32,000 nucleotides of DNA from Erysipelotrichaceae bacterium (lineage in GTDB: Bacteria; Bacillota_I; Bacilli_A; Erysipelotrichales; Erysipelotrichaceae), in NCBI GenBank assembly GCA_030604855.1, contig JAUVVC010000005.1, positions 77,333 through 109,332 on the forward strand, read 5' to 3'. The position numbers were made by a program, and so were the translations under genes. Below are positions 1 to 8,562 of this stretch, piece by piece. The notes under the pieces were generated by a model. The model made no database searches. It was given only the letters and a program-made list of their open reading frames with translations, and was not told the origin of the DNA. Position 1 is the stretch's first letter; each line of letters opens with the position of its first letter.

Positions 1-1
1 A

Positions 2-172
2 GTGATGATGAAGAATTTAAACGATATTCCTTTGTCTTTGTTGAGTCAGTTCATGCCGATTCAATATCGTAAGGTTCGTGAGGGCTTATTGAAAAAAGAT
101 CCCGAGCTTTTGGCTCAGGATGTCGTACATGAATTATTAAAAGATTATCGTTATGCCGTTGAAGGGGTTTGA
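2..172 (+). CDS. 3' end of an unidentified CDS entering from upstream of the window (...DIPLSLLSQFMPIQYRKVREGLLKKDPELLAQDVVHELLKDYRYAVEGV*)
   Basis: The frame is open from the window edge to TGA at 170-172 and is followed directly by a hairpin terminator. It has no recognisable motif and is shorter than the ORF-track cutoff. Confidence 0.3.
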   Translation: MMMKNLNDIPLSLLSQFMPIQYRKVREGLLKKDPELLAQDVVHELLKDYRYAVEGV

Positions 173-182
173 CCCCTTTTTT
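162..182. terminator. Bidirectional intrinsic terminator between convergent genes
   Basis: AAGGGG-tttga-CCCCTT stem-loop flanked by A and T runs. It sits between the stop at 170-172 (+) and the stop of the AraC gene at 181 (-). Confidence 0.6.
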
Positions 183-1338
183 AATTGGCAATGGATTTGG
201 CATATTCACTGGGGGAGACACCGTATTCCAATTTGAACTTGCGCGAGAAGTAATGGATCGATGCGAAACCCAGCATGTCGCTGACCTCACTCACCGTACG
301 GGCGGAATTCTTAAGCAGGATCTTGCTTTGTTCGAGTTTGATGTTATTTATGTAATGTTTCGGAGAGACATTGAGATTGCGTTTGAATAAGGCTTGTAAG
401 GATGAGCGTGAAATGGCGAACTTGTTGCAGATCTCTTGAATGGTGAGGGAGCTGTGGATGTGGTTCTTGATGTATTGAACCAATTCGGTCATGAGTTCAT
501 CCTCATAATGTTGTTGCATGGGATTGAGATTTTGTGCCATATCCAACTCATTAGTCTCATCCATGGCAAAAATGATCAACAATTTTAACAAACCCAACAA
601 CAACTCATTGATGTGTTCCCAGTTCTCATTCGAGAGATGCATAAACGTACTTAAGGTTTGGATCATGTTCTTGCTGCAGGGGATGACACGATTGGCAAGC
701 TTAGATGGATCCATATCCTTGAGATCGAACATGATGGTCATGTAGGAACAAGTACTGCTGGGGGTCGTGTGTTGGGTATGGAACTGATTCGGGGCATAGA
801 AAAACATCGAACGTGTGGGCAAGACATAGTCTTCATCCCCCACGGTTGTGATGAGTTCGCCGGTATCGATGAAGGTCATTTCCCAGTAAGGGTGCTGCTC
901 GCCTTCAAATTGGTAATTATTGCCTTTGGTTGAGTAGTAATATGCATAGATTTCCTGGAGCTTGATGCTGGAAGTGATCGTTTTCGAGCCAAATACAGGG
1001 ATTTTGATCTTCGTGTTGTTCGCATGCATGTGAACATACATCGAGACGCTTCCGGTTTGGGAAAGGGCGACGAAATTGAAATGAACCCCAGGCTTGATCT
1101 TTAGAATCTTATGGATCGCAAAGAGCTCAGGCTCGTTGCCTAGTTCATCGAGAAAGACGACACCGATGATACCGCTTTCAACTTTGATGTAGACAGAACG
1201 ATCGTAGACATAGAGCTCATCGATGCTTTTCTTCTTGATGGATCGCTTTGTGCTATGGTAGTGCTGAACTTGCATGGGTAGCGTTCTAAGGACATCCCCG
1301 TATTTAGCACATTGGATTGAGGTGGTTTTCTTATGCAT
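181..1338 (-). CDS. AraC/XylS-family transcriptional regulator with a long N-terminal cupin-type sensor region
   Basis: C-terminal double HTH typical of AraC (IQEICNKFAISRSSLQALFKR...VSEVSDMLGFASIHYFSRKFKLEYGVSPSEY). A central cupin-like block is present (YWEMTFIDTGELI...FFYAPNQFH). GGAGG lies just upstream of the ATG. The gene is divergent from the PTS operon. Confidence 0.85.
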   Translation of the reverse strand: MHKKTTSIQCAKYGDVLRTLPMQVQHYHSTKRSIKKKSIDELYVYDRSVYIKVESGIIGVVFLDELGNEPELFAIHKILKIKPGVHFNFVALSQTGSVSMYVHMHANNTKIKIPVFGSKTITSSIKLQEIYAYYYSTKGNNYQFEGEQHPYWEMTFIDTGELITTVGDEDYVLPTRSMFFYAPNQFHTQHTTPSSTCSYMTIMFDLKDMDPSKLANRVIPCSKNMIQTLSTFMHLSNENWEHINELLLGLLKLLIIFAMDETNELDMAQNLNPMQQHYEDELMTELVQYIKNHIHSSLTIQEICNKFAISRSSLQALFKRNLNVSPKHYINNIKLEQSKILLKNSARTVSEVSDMLGFASIHYFSRKFKLEYGVSPSEYAKSIAN

Positions 1339-1388
1339 AGGCCTCCAATGTATTTGTGTTTATTTGATTTATATTTTAATTCTATAAC

Positions 1389-1421
1389 GAAAAATACAAA
1401 TAGTATAGGAAAAAGTACAAA
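1389..1421 (+). promoter_or_regulatory. Direct repeat GAAAAATACAAA / GAAAAAGTACAAA (20-bp register), a candidate AraC-type activator site abutting a TATATT -10 at 1443-1448
   Basis: Two near-identical 12-13 nt direct repeats at 1389-1400 and 1409-1421 lie in the divergent AraC/PTS intergenic region. The promoter-proximal copy sits where a -35 element would be. Confidence 0.4.
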
Positions 1422-1496
1422 GCAATTACCACCCCCATCGTCTATATTGTAGGTAGAGATAGCGCTATCAAGTGCTCTTTAGAAGGGAGAAATGTT

Positions 1497-1976
1497 GTGC
1501 CAAATATCGTTTTAACACGTATCGACAATCGACTGATCCATGGGCAGGTCGCAACCCAATGGGCATCGAGCGTCAATGGGAATTTGATTCTCGTTGCGAA
1601 TGACAAGGTAGCCAATGATACTTTTAGGCAGAGTCTCATGGATATGGCTGCACCAAGTTTCTGTCAGACGCGCTATTTTACGTTAGAGAAGACCATCAAC
1701 GTGATCCACAAAGCCAGTGATGCTCAAAAGATCATCATCATGTGCGATTCTCCAGAAGATGTTCTGACTTTGGTTGAAGGTGGTGTTCCGATTAAGAAAG
1801 TCAATATCGGAAACATGCATATGGCTGAAGGCAAACGCCAAGTCGCAACGGTTGTTGCCGTTGACGATAAGGATGTGGACGCATTTAAGAAGTTGGTGGA
1901 ATTGGGGGTTGAACTTGAAATCCGAAAGGTTCCAAGTGAGTCATCCGAAGATGTTCAGAAGTTATTTAAAAAATAA
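1497..1976 (+). CDS. PTS mannose/fructose/sorbose-family EIIB component (stand-alone, no fused IIA)
   Basis: N-terminus MPNIVLTRIDNRLIHGQV carries the conserved phospho-histidine motif of Man-family IIB. GTG start with AAGGGAG upstream. 159 aa is IIB-only length. Confidence 0.9.
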   Translation: MPNIVLTRIDNRLIHGQVATQWASSVNGNLILVANDKVANDTFRQSLMDMAAPSFCQTRYFTLEKTINVIHKASDAQKIIIMCDSPEDVLTLVEGGVPIKKVNIGNMHMAEGKRQVATVVAVDDKDVDAFKKLVELGVELEIRKVPSESSEDVQKLFKK

Positions 1977-1991
1977 AGGAGATGAAAGAAA

Positions 1992-2786
1992 ATGACATTT
2001 AGTTTCTTGCAAATCGTACTCGTAATGGTCGTCACGTTCATCGCCGCAATTGATCAGTTCTCCTTTTTAGAATCATTGTATCAACCAATCGTAATGGGTC
2101 CAGTTGTTGGAGCCATCTTGGGTGATATGAATACTGGCTTGATCGTCGGTGGTTCATATCAATTGATGATGATCGGGAGTATGCCGGTCGGCGGTGCGCA
2201 ACCACCAAACAGTGTAATCGGTGGCATTATGGCAACGGTCTTCGCCATTTCAATGAAGATCACAGATCCTCAAGCAGCGCTTGGTTTATCCATTCCGTTC
2301 GCATTGTTGGGTCAATATTCCGTTATCCTCGTCTTTACAATCACTTCGCCATTAATGGCTAAAGCAGATGAATATGCTGCGAAAGCAGATACCGACGCAA
2401 TTGAACGTTTGAATTACTTCACAATGGCAATGTTGGGCTTATTCTTCTCATTGGTCGTCTTCGCTGGTTTGATGTTCGGTCAAGCAATCGGGGAAACCTT
2501 GACGACTGCTCTACCTGCATGGGTTTGGAATGGTTTAAAAGCTGCGGGTGGTATGATGCGTTTCGTTGGGTTCGCTGTCCTTTTGAAGGTCATGATGTCC
2601 AACGAATACTGGGGCTTCTATTTCGCTGGTTTCGCTTTGGCGACCATCGTCGACAAATCTGGTTTAGGGGGTCAGGCTTTGGCTTTGATCGCGTTGATCG
2701 GCTTTGCGGTAGCGGTCTATGATTACCAAACCAATGTTAAGATGAAACAATTTGGTAAAAAGGAGGTAAGTGATGATGGCATCTAA
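1992..2786 (+). CDS. PTS mannose-family EIIC membrane component
   Basis: Polytopic hydrophobic 264-aa protein between IIB and IID. AAGGAG RBS. Its 3' end overlaps the IID start. Confidence 0.85.
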   Translation: MTFSFLQIVLVMVVTFIAAIDQFSFLESLYQPIVMGPVVGAILGDMNTGLIVGGSYQLMMIGSMPVGGAQPPNSVIGGIMATVFAISMKITDPQAALGLSIPFALLGQYSVILVFTITSPLMAKADEYAAKADTDAIERLNYFTMAMLGLFFSLVVFAGLMFGQAIGETLTTALPAWVWNGLKAAGGMMRFVGFAVLLKVMMSNEYWGFYFAGFALATIVDKSGLGGQALALIALIGFAVAVYDYQTNVKMKQFGKKEVSDDGI

Positions 2787-3600
2787 TCTTGCAACACAAT
2801 ATCGTGATCTTACACCAGCCAAAGCGCTTGATAAGAAAACATTGAATCAAATGGCATGGCGTTCACTCTTCTTGCAGGGTTCATTCAACTATGAACGTAT
2901 GCAGGCTGCTGGATGGCTCTATGGCATTATCCCAGGTTTGAAGAAAGTTCATACGAATAAGGAAGACTTGTCCTTATCGATGCAACACAATCTTGAGTTC
3001 TTTAATACACACCCATTCTTAGTCACCTTCGTAATGGGGATCATTCTATCCTTAGAACAAGAAAAAGCAGATTTAGCAACCATTCGTGCGGTTCGTGTTG
3101 CGGCTATGGGTCCTTTGGGCGGTATCGGGGATGCGATCTTCTGGTTCACCCTCGTTCCAATCGCGGCTGGTATCAGTGCGAACTTAGCACTTGACGGCAG
3201 TATCGCTGGTCCGATCGTCTTCTTATTGATGTTCAACGTTGTTCAATTTGGGGTTCGTTATTGGTTGATGCATTGGTCGTATGACCTTGGAACCAAGGCG
3301 ATCGAAGCCATCACACGTAATGCGAAAGAATTCACACGTGCTGCTTCCATCTTGGGTATCTTGGTTGTTGGTGCTTTGACTTCGTTATACGGTGGCACAA
3401 CCATCGCGCTCACCATTCCAAATGGTGAAAGTCCAATCGTATTGCAAACAATCTTAGATGGTATCTTGCCTAAATTGATTCCTCTTGGATTGACACTTGG
3501 TCTCTATTGGTTGATCAAAAACAAGAACTGGTCCGCAGTCAAATGTATCGGCTTGCTACTTGTCCTTGGTTTGGTCGGTGGATTCCTAGGCATATTCTAA
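2773..3600 (+). CDS. PTS mannose-family EIID membrane component
   Basis: N-terminal block LTPAKALDKKTLNQMAWRSLFLQGSFNYERMQAAGWLY is typical of Man-family IID. AGGAGG at 2761-2766 favours ATG 2773 over GTG 2770. Confidence 0.9.
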   Translation: MMASNLATQYRDLTPAKALDKKTLNQMAWRSLFLQGSFNYERMQAAGWLYGIIPGLKKVHTNKEDLSLSMQHNLEFFNTHPFLVTFVMGIILSLEQEKADLATIRAVRVAAMGPLGGIGDAIFWFTLVPIAAGISANLALDGSIAGPIVFLLMFNVVQFGVRYWLMHWSYDLGTKAIEAITRNAKEFTRAASILGILVVGALTSLYGGTTIALTIPNGESPIVLQTILDGILPKLIPLGLTLGLYWLIKNKNWSAVKCIGLLLVLGLVGGFLGIF

Positions 3601-3620
3601 TTTAGTACAACTCCCTTCTC

Positions 3621-3650
3621 AAAAAGGAATCTCAAACGAGATTCCTTTTG
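3621..3650 (+). terminator. Strong hairpin (11-bp stem AAAGGAATCTC-aaac-GAGATTCCTTT) directly after IID
   Basis: Perfect stem read directly from the sequence, with an A-run 5' and T-run 3'. It lies 21 nt after the IID stop and 14 nt before the next ATG. Confidence 0.65.
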
Positions 3651-3663
3651 CAGGTAATCACAC

Positions 3664-4896
3664 ATGCGCTTCGCAATCAAACAAATTGACATCACTCCTA
3701 CTGAACCCAGTTATCTATCGGGTCAAATCAACCGCATCGTCAAACATACCGAAGTTCTCGATCCGCTCTATGCCACCATCATTGTGCTGGAGCTGAAGGA
3801 TCAGATCTTTGCTTTGCTTGGCTTTGATCTTTTGATGTTGGATGAAAGCTTGGTGGATCTGATGCGAAGCGCTGTTTCCTTATATACAAAGATCCCATAT
3901 GGACATATTTTTACCATCCCTTCACACACCCACGCGGGTCCTGAAATCTTAGAAGAGGGACTCTTTGGAATCAAGCTTCAAGATGTCTTACCTGGTTATC
4001 GTGAGAGCTTGGTTGAAAGGGTTAAGCAAATCAGTATTGAGGCACTTGATGAGCTTCAAGACGTGCATTGTTATTTCACTAAAGTAGAGCTGAAGGATGT
4101 GTTTACAAATCGGAACAATCCGAATAAGCCTATTGATCGATACTTACGACTCATCGCATTTAAGAATGATCAAAATGCAATCATCGGTTCCTTTGCGAAC
4201 ATTGCTTGTCATCCAACCATCTTGGGACCAGACAATACCGCCATCAGTTCAGACTTCTTTGGGGTTCTAAGAGACCTCCTCCAAACGTACTATCACTTCC
4301 CGGTATTAGTCAGCAATGGAGCGGAAGGGGACATCAGCAATCGTCACACGCGCATCAGCAGTGATATCCATGAACTGAAACGTGTACGTGTTTTATTGGC
4401 CCAACAAGTTCCCTTGAATCTTGAATGGATGCCGATTAAAGATGCGAGTACATTTGTTCAGAGAGATTTTAAGTTTAAGACATTCCTTCAAAAAGATCGC
4501 ATGCAGGCAATGATCAATCATAATGATCATTTGCTTCAAAATGAATCCGATCTAGATAAAATCAAACTACTCAATGCGAGCAACACTGTTCTCAAAGCCT
4601 ATCTTTCGCGTCCTACTGAAGGAGAAATCACCATCGAATACTCCATCCTGAAACTCGATCGCTTGATTGTGTGTTTCTTGCCCATGGAATTTTTCTCCAG
4701 TCATTATCTGGACTTAAAAGCAAGGCTTAACAATGAACTCATTCTTGTCGGTTTAAGCAATATCTCCATTGGTTATTTGGTGGATAAAGAAGCCTATGGA
4801 GAAACCTATGAAGGGATGACCAGTCCTTTGCCTTGGTCAGAGATTGAGCGTTTCCTCAATCAATTGAAAGTAGATTTGGATGATCTGGATGATTGA
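3664..4896 (+). CDS. Neutral/alkaline-ceramidase-like amidohydrolase family protein (function unknown)
   Basis: Pattern DITP...L.G...DPLYA...FDL...PSHTHAGPE...NIACHPT...ISSDFFG matches the conserved N-terminal ceramidase-domain blocks (HTHxGP and xHPT metal-ligand regions). No signal peptide. Only a weak SD (AGGT). Confidence 0.6.
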   Translation: MRFAIKQIDITPTEPSYLSGQINRIVKHTEVLDPLYATIIVLELKDQIFALLGFDLLMLDESLVDLMRSAVSLYTKIPYGHIFTIPSHTHAGPEILEEGLFGIKLQDVLPGYRESLVERVKQISIEALDELQDVHCYFTKVELKDVFTNRNNPNKPIDRYLRLIAFKNDQNAIIGSFANIACHPTILGPDNTAISSDFFGVLRDLLQTYYHFPVLVSNGAEGDISNRHTRISSDIHELKRVRVLLAQQVPLNLEWMPIKDASTFVQRDFKFKTFLQKDRMQAMINHNDHLLQNESDLDKIKLLNASNTVLKAYLSRPTEGEITIEYSILKLDRLIVCFLPMEFFSSHYLDLKARLNNELILVGLSNISIGYLVDKEAYGETYEGMTSPLPWSEIERFLNQLKVDLDDLDD

Positions 4897-4924
4897 GATG
4901 GTACAATGGGAATGAGGTATTTCT

Positions 4925-5704
4925 ATGTTCGAAAAAGTTGAATTTGTTAAAACGTTATTACCCGATATCCGAACCTACATCTTGAGTCATCCGATTCAAA
5001 ACATTGAAGTCAAAGACAATGAGTTTGACAACATTGTTACGGACATCGATGTGACGATTCAGAATCGTCTAGAGAAAGCTTTAATCGAGAGATATCCCGA
5101 TACAAGTTTATTTGGTGAGGAAGCGGATGAACATTTGTTCACACCCAAAATGTGGATCATTGATCCAATCGACGGAACCAAGAATTTTGTTCGAGCGAAA
5201 GCGGATTACACCGTATCCATTGCCTACTATGAAGATCTGAAACCGGTCTTTGGTGTGGTGTACGATGTCGTGTCGGATGATGTCTATGTGGGGATAACAG
5301 GTCAAGGGGCTTGGATGAATGATGTGAAGTTGAATCCACGACCTTCCATTACACTGCGTCAATCGGTCATCGATATGAGCCTTAAGACCGTCTATGCCTT
5401 GGAAAGAAGACATCATGCGGATGTCTATACCTTATCCAAGAATGTCTTTGCGCATCGTAACCTGGGTTCCGCATCTTTGAGTTTGTGTAAGATTGCGGCA
5501 GGCTTTCATGATATTTATGTGAATATTCATCTCAAACTTTGGGATTATGCGGCAGCACGGATCGTGTTGAATGAAGTGGGTGGAGTTACGGAGTTTCCGT
5601 TTGAAGCTAAACAAGATTTGAATCTGCATTCTGTTTTTCTCTTCTCAAGCAGTCATCCCGATCTTCACCAAGAACTCATGAACCTCTTGTTCAAAAAGGA
5701 GTAA
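4925..5704 (+). CDS. Inositol-monophosphatase (IMPase/SuhB) family sugar-phosphate phosphatase
   Basis: Signature motifs FGEE, WIIDPIDGTKNF and LWDYAAARIV. Confidence 0.85.
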   Translation: MFEKVEFVKTLLPDIRTYILSHPIQNIEVKDNEFDNIVTDIDVTIQNRLEKALIERYPDTSLFGEEADEHLFTPKMWIIDPIDGTKNFVRAKADYTVSIAYYEDLKPVFGVVYDVVSDDVYVGITGQGAWMNDVKLNPRPSITLRQSVIDMSLKTVYALERRHHADVYTLSKNVFAHRNLGSASLSLCKIAAGFHDIYVNIHLKLWDYAAARIVLNEVGGVTEFPFEAKQDLNLHSVFLFSSSHPDLHQELMNLLFKKE

Positions 5705-5706
5705 GT

Positions 5707-6447
5707 ATGCATCATCAAAACTATGCCAAGCATTTGATTGATTTGATTGAAAAGGTTTCGACCTCTCAAAATGAAGCGATTTTAAAAGGGGCAGAGGCTA
5801 TGGCGAATGCCATTGCGAATAGTCGTGCGGTCTTTGCCTTTGGGGCCTCGCATGCGGGGATGTTGTCAATGGAATTGTTCTACCGTACGGGTGGTTTGGT
5901 TGTGGTCAACCCCATCTTTGCCCGTGATCTGATGCCGGATATTCGTCCAGCGACCTTGACCTCCGATGTGGAACGTTTAGCGGACTATGGCAAACTCATC
6001 TGTCGCCAATCTCCTTTACAAGCAGGGGATGTGGTCATCGTACATTCGGTATCGGGACGCAACACCGTTCCCATTGACCTCGCCTTGGAAGCCAAGAAAA
6101 TGGGTGTGACGGTCATCGTCATCACCAACCTCGCTTATTCGGAACTTGTGACATCACGTCATGCGAGTGGGAAAAAGCTCATGGATTGCGGCGATATCGT
6201 CATTGATAATTGTGGGGAGTTTGAAGACTCCAGCATTACTTTGCCAGGCTTTACCCAGAAGATGGGTCCGACTTCTACTGTCACCGGTGCCTATATTGTG
6301 AATGCGATGGCTTTGGAATGTGCAGCGATCCTCCATGAAAAGGGCATCGAAGTGCCAATCTTCCATAGTGCCAACATTGATGGTGGGGATGAACATAATC
6401 ATGCGATGTTGGAAAAGTATAAAGATCGTATCCATTACATGAAATAA
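5707..6447 (+). CDS. SIS (sugar isomerase) domain protein, UPF0309-like
   Basis: AVFAFGASHAGMLSMELFYRTGGL and VIVHSVSGRNTVPIDLALEAKKMGVTVIVIT are SIS phosphosugar-binding blocks. The start lies 3 nt after the preceding stop. Confidence 0.75.
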   Translation: MHHQNYAKHLIDLIEKVSTSQNEAILKGAEAMANAIANSRAVFAFGASHAGMLSMELFYRTGGLVVVNPIFARDLMPDIRPATLTSDVERLADYGKLICRQSPLQAGDVVIVHSVSGRNTVPIDLALEAKKMGVTVIVITNLAYSELVTSRHASGKKLMDCGDIVIDNCGEFEDSSITLPGFTQKMGPTSTVTGAYIVNAMALECAAILHEKGIEVPIFHSANIDGGDEHNHAMLEKYKDRIHYMK

Positions 6448-6503
6448 CTTGTGAATTAGTACAACATTTATACAATATTATTATTGATAATGAGAATATC
6501 TAT

Positions 6504-6530
6504 TGAAAAGTAGATCTAGGGGTCTACTTT
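6504..6530 (+). terminator. Intrinsic terminator ending the PTS/enzyme gene string
   Basis: AAAAGTAGATC-tagg-GGTCTACTTTTT stem-loop followed by a T-run. Confidence 0.65.
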
Positions 6531-6543
6531 TTATATTTGAGCA

Positions 6544-6572
6544 TTGAGCTTGACACGAGAACAATCTATAAT
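6544..6572 (+). promoter_or_regulatory. Candidate sigma-A promoter for rubrerythrin (TTGAGC-17-TATAAT)
   Basis: Perfect -10 at 6567-6572 and a 4/6 -35 at 6544-6549 with 17-nt spacing. Confidence 0.45.
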
Positions 6573-6601
6573 TGATTTAGAGAAATAGGAGAAAATAGAC
6601 A

Positions 6602-7138
6602 ATGAATCTTAAGGGTACAAAAACTGAAAAGAATCTAGAAGCAGCATTTGCCGGCGAATCGATGGCACGTAACAAATATACGTTCTATGCGACGAAGGCA
6701 CGTGAAGAAGGTATGGAACAGATCGCGGATTTCTTCTTGGAAACAGCACGCAATGAACAGGAACATGCTTTCTTGTGGTTTAAGTTCTTACATGATGGTC
6801 TTCCAACCACAACCGACAACTTAGTGGATGCGGCTGCGGGTGAACATTATGAATGGACGACCATGTATGCGGATTTTGCGAAGGATGCGGAAGAAGAAGG
6901 TTTTGCAAAGATCGCTTTCTTGATGCGTGAAGTCGGTAAGATCGAAGCACGTCATGAAGCGCGTTACAATGATCTTCTTAAGAACATTCAAGATGAAAAA
7001 GTCTTTAAGAAAGATGAAAAAGTCGTTTGGGAATGTGATGTCTGTGGTTACCAAGTCGAAGCGGAAGGTGCACCTCACAAATGTCCTGTTTGTGGCTATG
7101 AAAAAGCACACTTCCAAGTGGACGAAAAGAATTATTAG
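6602..7138 (+). CDS. rbr: Rubrerythrin (diiron ferritin-like domain plus C-terminal rubredoxin-type CxxC...CxxC)
   Basis: [26 protein letters not shown], ExxH motifs ([16 protein letters not shown]) and C-terminal CDVCGY...CPVCGY. Confidence 0.9.
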   Translation: MNLKGTKTEKNLEAAFAGESMARNKYTFYATKAREEGMEQIADFFLETARNEQEHAFLWFKFLHDGLPTTTDNLVDAAAGEHYEWTTMYADFAKDAEEEGFAKIAFLMREVGKIEARHEARYNDLLKNIQDEKVFKKDEKVVWECDVCGYQVEAEGAPHKCPVCGYEKAHFQVDEKNY

Positions 7139-7140
7139 TC

Positions 7141-7163
7141 AAAAGCCTGCAAAGGCTTTTTTT
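7141..7163 (+). terminator. Intrinsic terminator after rbr
   Basis: AAAGCC-tgcaaa-GGCTTTTTTT. The AGGAGG RBS of the next gene follows immediately. Confidence 0.6.
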
Positions 7164-7173
7164 AGGAGGTTTC

Positions 7174-8541
7174 ATGTTTCAAATTTTTCATACCAATGAT
7201 GTCCACAGTGAATTTGAAGCACTGGCATCTCTACAGACCGTTCTGAAGAAGCAACGTCATGAAGAGGACCTGCTTTTGGATGCGGGTGATTTTCATGATT
7301 TCAAATCCATCCATCTTCAAGGAACGCAAGGTAGAGCTGGAAAACGACTACTCAAGGCGATGCGTTATGATGCGATCGCGGTTGGAAACAATGAAGGCTA
7401 CAGTTCCATTCCGTGTTTAGAGGCCATGTCGGAGGATGATGTGCCACTGCTGAGTTGTAACTTGGTGAAGCTGAATGGGGATGAACTACACTTTCTTCGT
7501 AAGTCTTGTATTCTCCACAAAGGCGATCATCGCTTTCTGATCATTGGTGTCAGCCCTTATTACAGTGTAGAGGGAAAGGATTCCTATAATGTCTTCTTTG
7601 CCTTGGATGGATTGAAAGTATTGGATCCCATTCAATGCATTCGATCTGAGATAGAGCACCATCAAGGCCACTTTGACTTCGTAATCCTATTGAGCCATCT
7701 TGGATTGACCTTTGATCAAAGGATGGCAGAACAGATCGTAGAATTGGATCTCATCATCGGTGGACATTCCCACAGTCGCATGGAAGCTCCTTTGATCATC
7801 CATTCGTGTATCATTCATCAAGCGGGTAGTTATGCCCAAACTTTGGGAAGATTGGTATTGGATGTGCAGGAAGGCGCATTGGTTCTCGTGGAAAGTGAAA
7901 CCATTGCGATACACGAAGAACCCGATTCAAGTCTGCTGAGACTTATTGAACATGAGCGTAGTGAAGCCATGGCTGTCCTCAGCGAACCTCTTTTGGTGAA
8001 CCATGAACTGCGTTTTCATCCCACCGAAGAAAACTCGTTGATGAATTTTCTCTGTGATGCCTTGGCTAAGCATCATCCCTGCGATTTTGCGATGATCAAT
8101 CATGGCATTCTTTCCCATGCCTTACCGGATCCCATCACACCCTTAAGTTTGATTGAGGCATGTCCTTCGCCTTTGAATCCAAGTCTGTTGCGTCTAAAAG
8201 GGCACCAAATCAAAGCGGCGTATCAATTGAGTTTAGATCTCGATCATTGCATGAGCCCTGGTCGTGGTCCTGGTTTCAGAGGTCACTTCATCGGTTCCTT
8301 GGCCTTCAGTCATGAGATCCAAATCATTAATGGATCGATTCATTGGAAGGGTAAAGAAATAGAGAATGAACAGGTTTATCAGGTCATGAGCTCAGATTAT
8401 CTCCAACGTGGATCCGGTTATCCGAGTTTGCGCATTCCAGATGAAGCAAGCGTTTTTCTAAGAGGGTATATACGGGATGTCATCCAAGATCATCTCCTTG
8501 ATGATACGCTTCATGAATCCGCTAAAATAAAAAGAAAGTGA
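7174..8541 (+). CDS. Bifunctional metallophosphatase / 5'-nucleotidase family protein (UshA-like), cytoplasmic
   Basis: Calcineurin-like motifs HTNDVHSE, DAGDF, GNNE and GGHSH, plus a C-terminal nucleotidase-type domain. No signal peptide. Confidence 0.75.
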   Translation: MFQIFHTNDVHSEFEALASLQTVLKKQRHEEDLLLDAGDFHDFKSIHLQGTQGRAGKRLLKAMRYDAIAVGNNEGYSSIPCLEAMSEDDVPLLSCNLVKLNGDELHFLRKSCILHKGDHRFLIIGVSPYYSVEGKDSYNVFFALDGLKVLDPIQCIRSEIEHHQGHFDFVILLSHLGLTFDQRMAEQIVELDLIIGGHSHSRMEAPLIIHSCIIHQAGSYAQTLGRLVLDVQEGALVLVESETIAIHEEPDSSLLRLIEHERSEAMAVLSEPLLVNHELRFHPTEENSLMNFLCDALAKHHPCDFAMINHGILSHALPDPITPLSLIEACPSPLNPSLLRLKGHQIKAAYQLSLDLDHCMSPGRGPGFRGHFIGSLAFSHEIQIINGSIHWKGKEIENEQVYQVMSSDYLQRGSGYPSLRIPDEASVFLRGYIRDVIQDHLLDDTLHESAKIKRK

Positions 8542-8559
8542 AATCTAGGTTTCACTTTC
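8534..8559. terminator. Bidirectional terminator between convergent genes
   Basis: 10-bp stem GAAAGTGAAA-tctagg-TTTCACTTTC that includes the TGA stop of the + gene. Confidence 0.65.
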
Positions 8560-8562
8560 TTT

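Noticed and set aside
2770-2772. Alternative upstream starts offered by the ORF track: GTG 2770 for IID, TTG 25914 for the LtaS-like gene and TTG 22662 for DUF5131
   Set aside because: In each case an ATG follows 3-18 nt downstream, with better spacing to the SD or better agreement with the family N-terminus. The DUF5131 start remains uncertain.
6476-6502. Fur/PerR-type box (TTATTATTGATAATGAGAATA) that might control rubrerythrin
   Set aside because: I found only a short TTAT-NN-ATAA symmetry and could not build a convincing 7-1-7 repeat. It lies upstream of the preceding operon's terminator and about 70 nt from the rbr -10. AT-rich chance similarity is likely, so it is left as unverified.
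6550-6572. Perfect TTGACA with perfect TATAAT upstream of rbr as a promoter pair
   Set aside because: The spacer is only 11 nt. The TTGAGC hexamer at 6544-6549 gives the correct 17-nt spacing instead.
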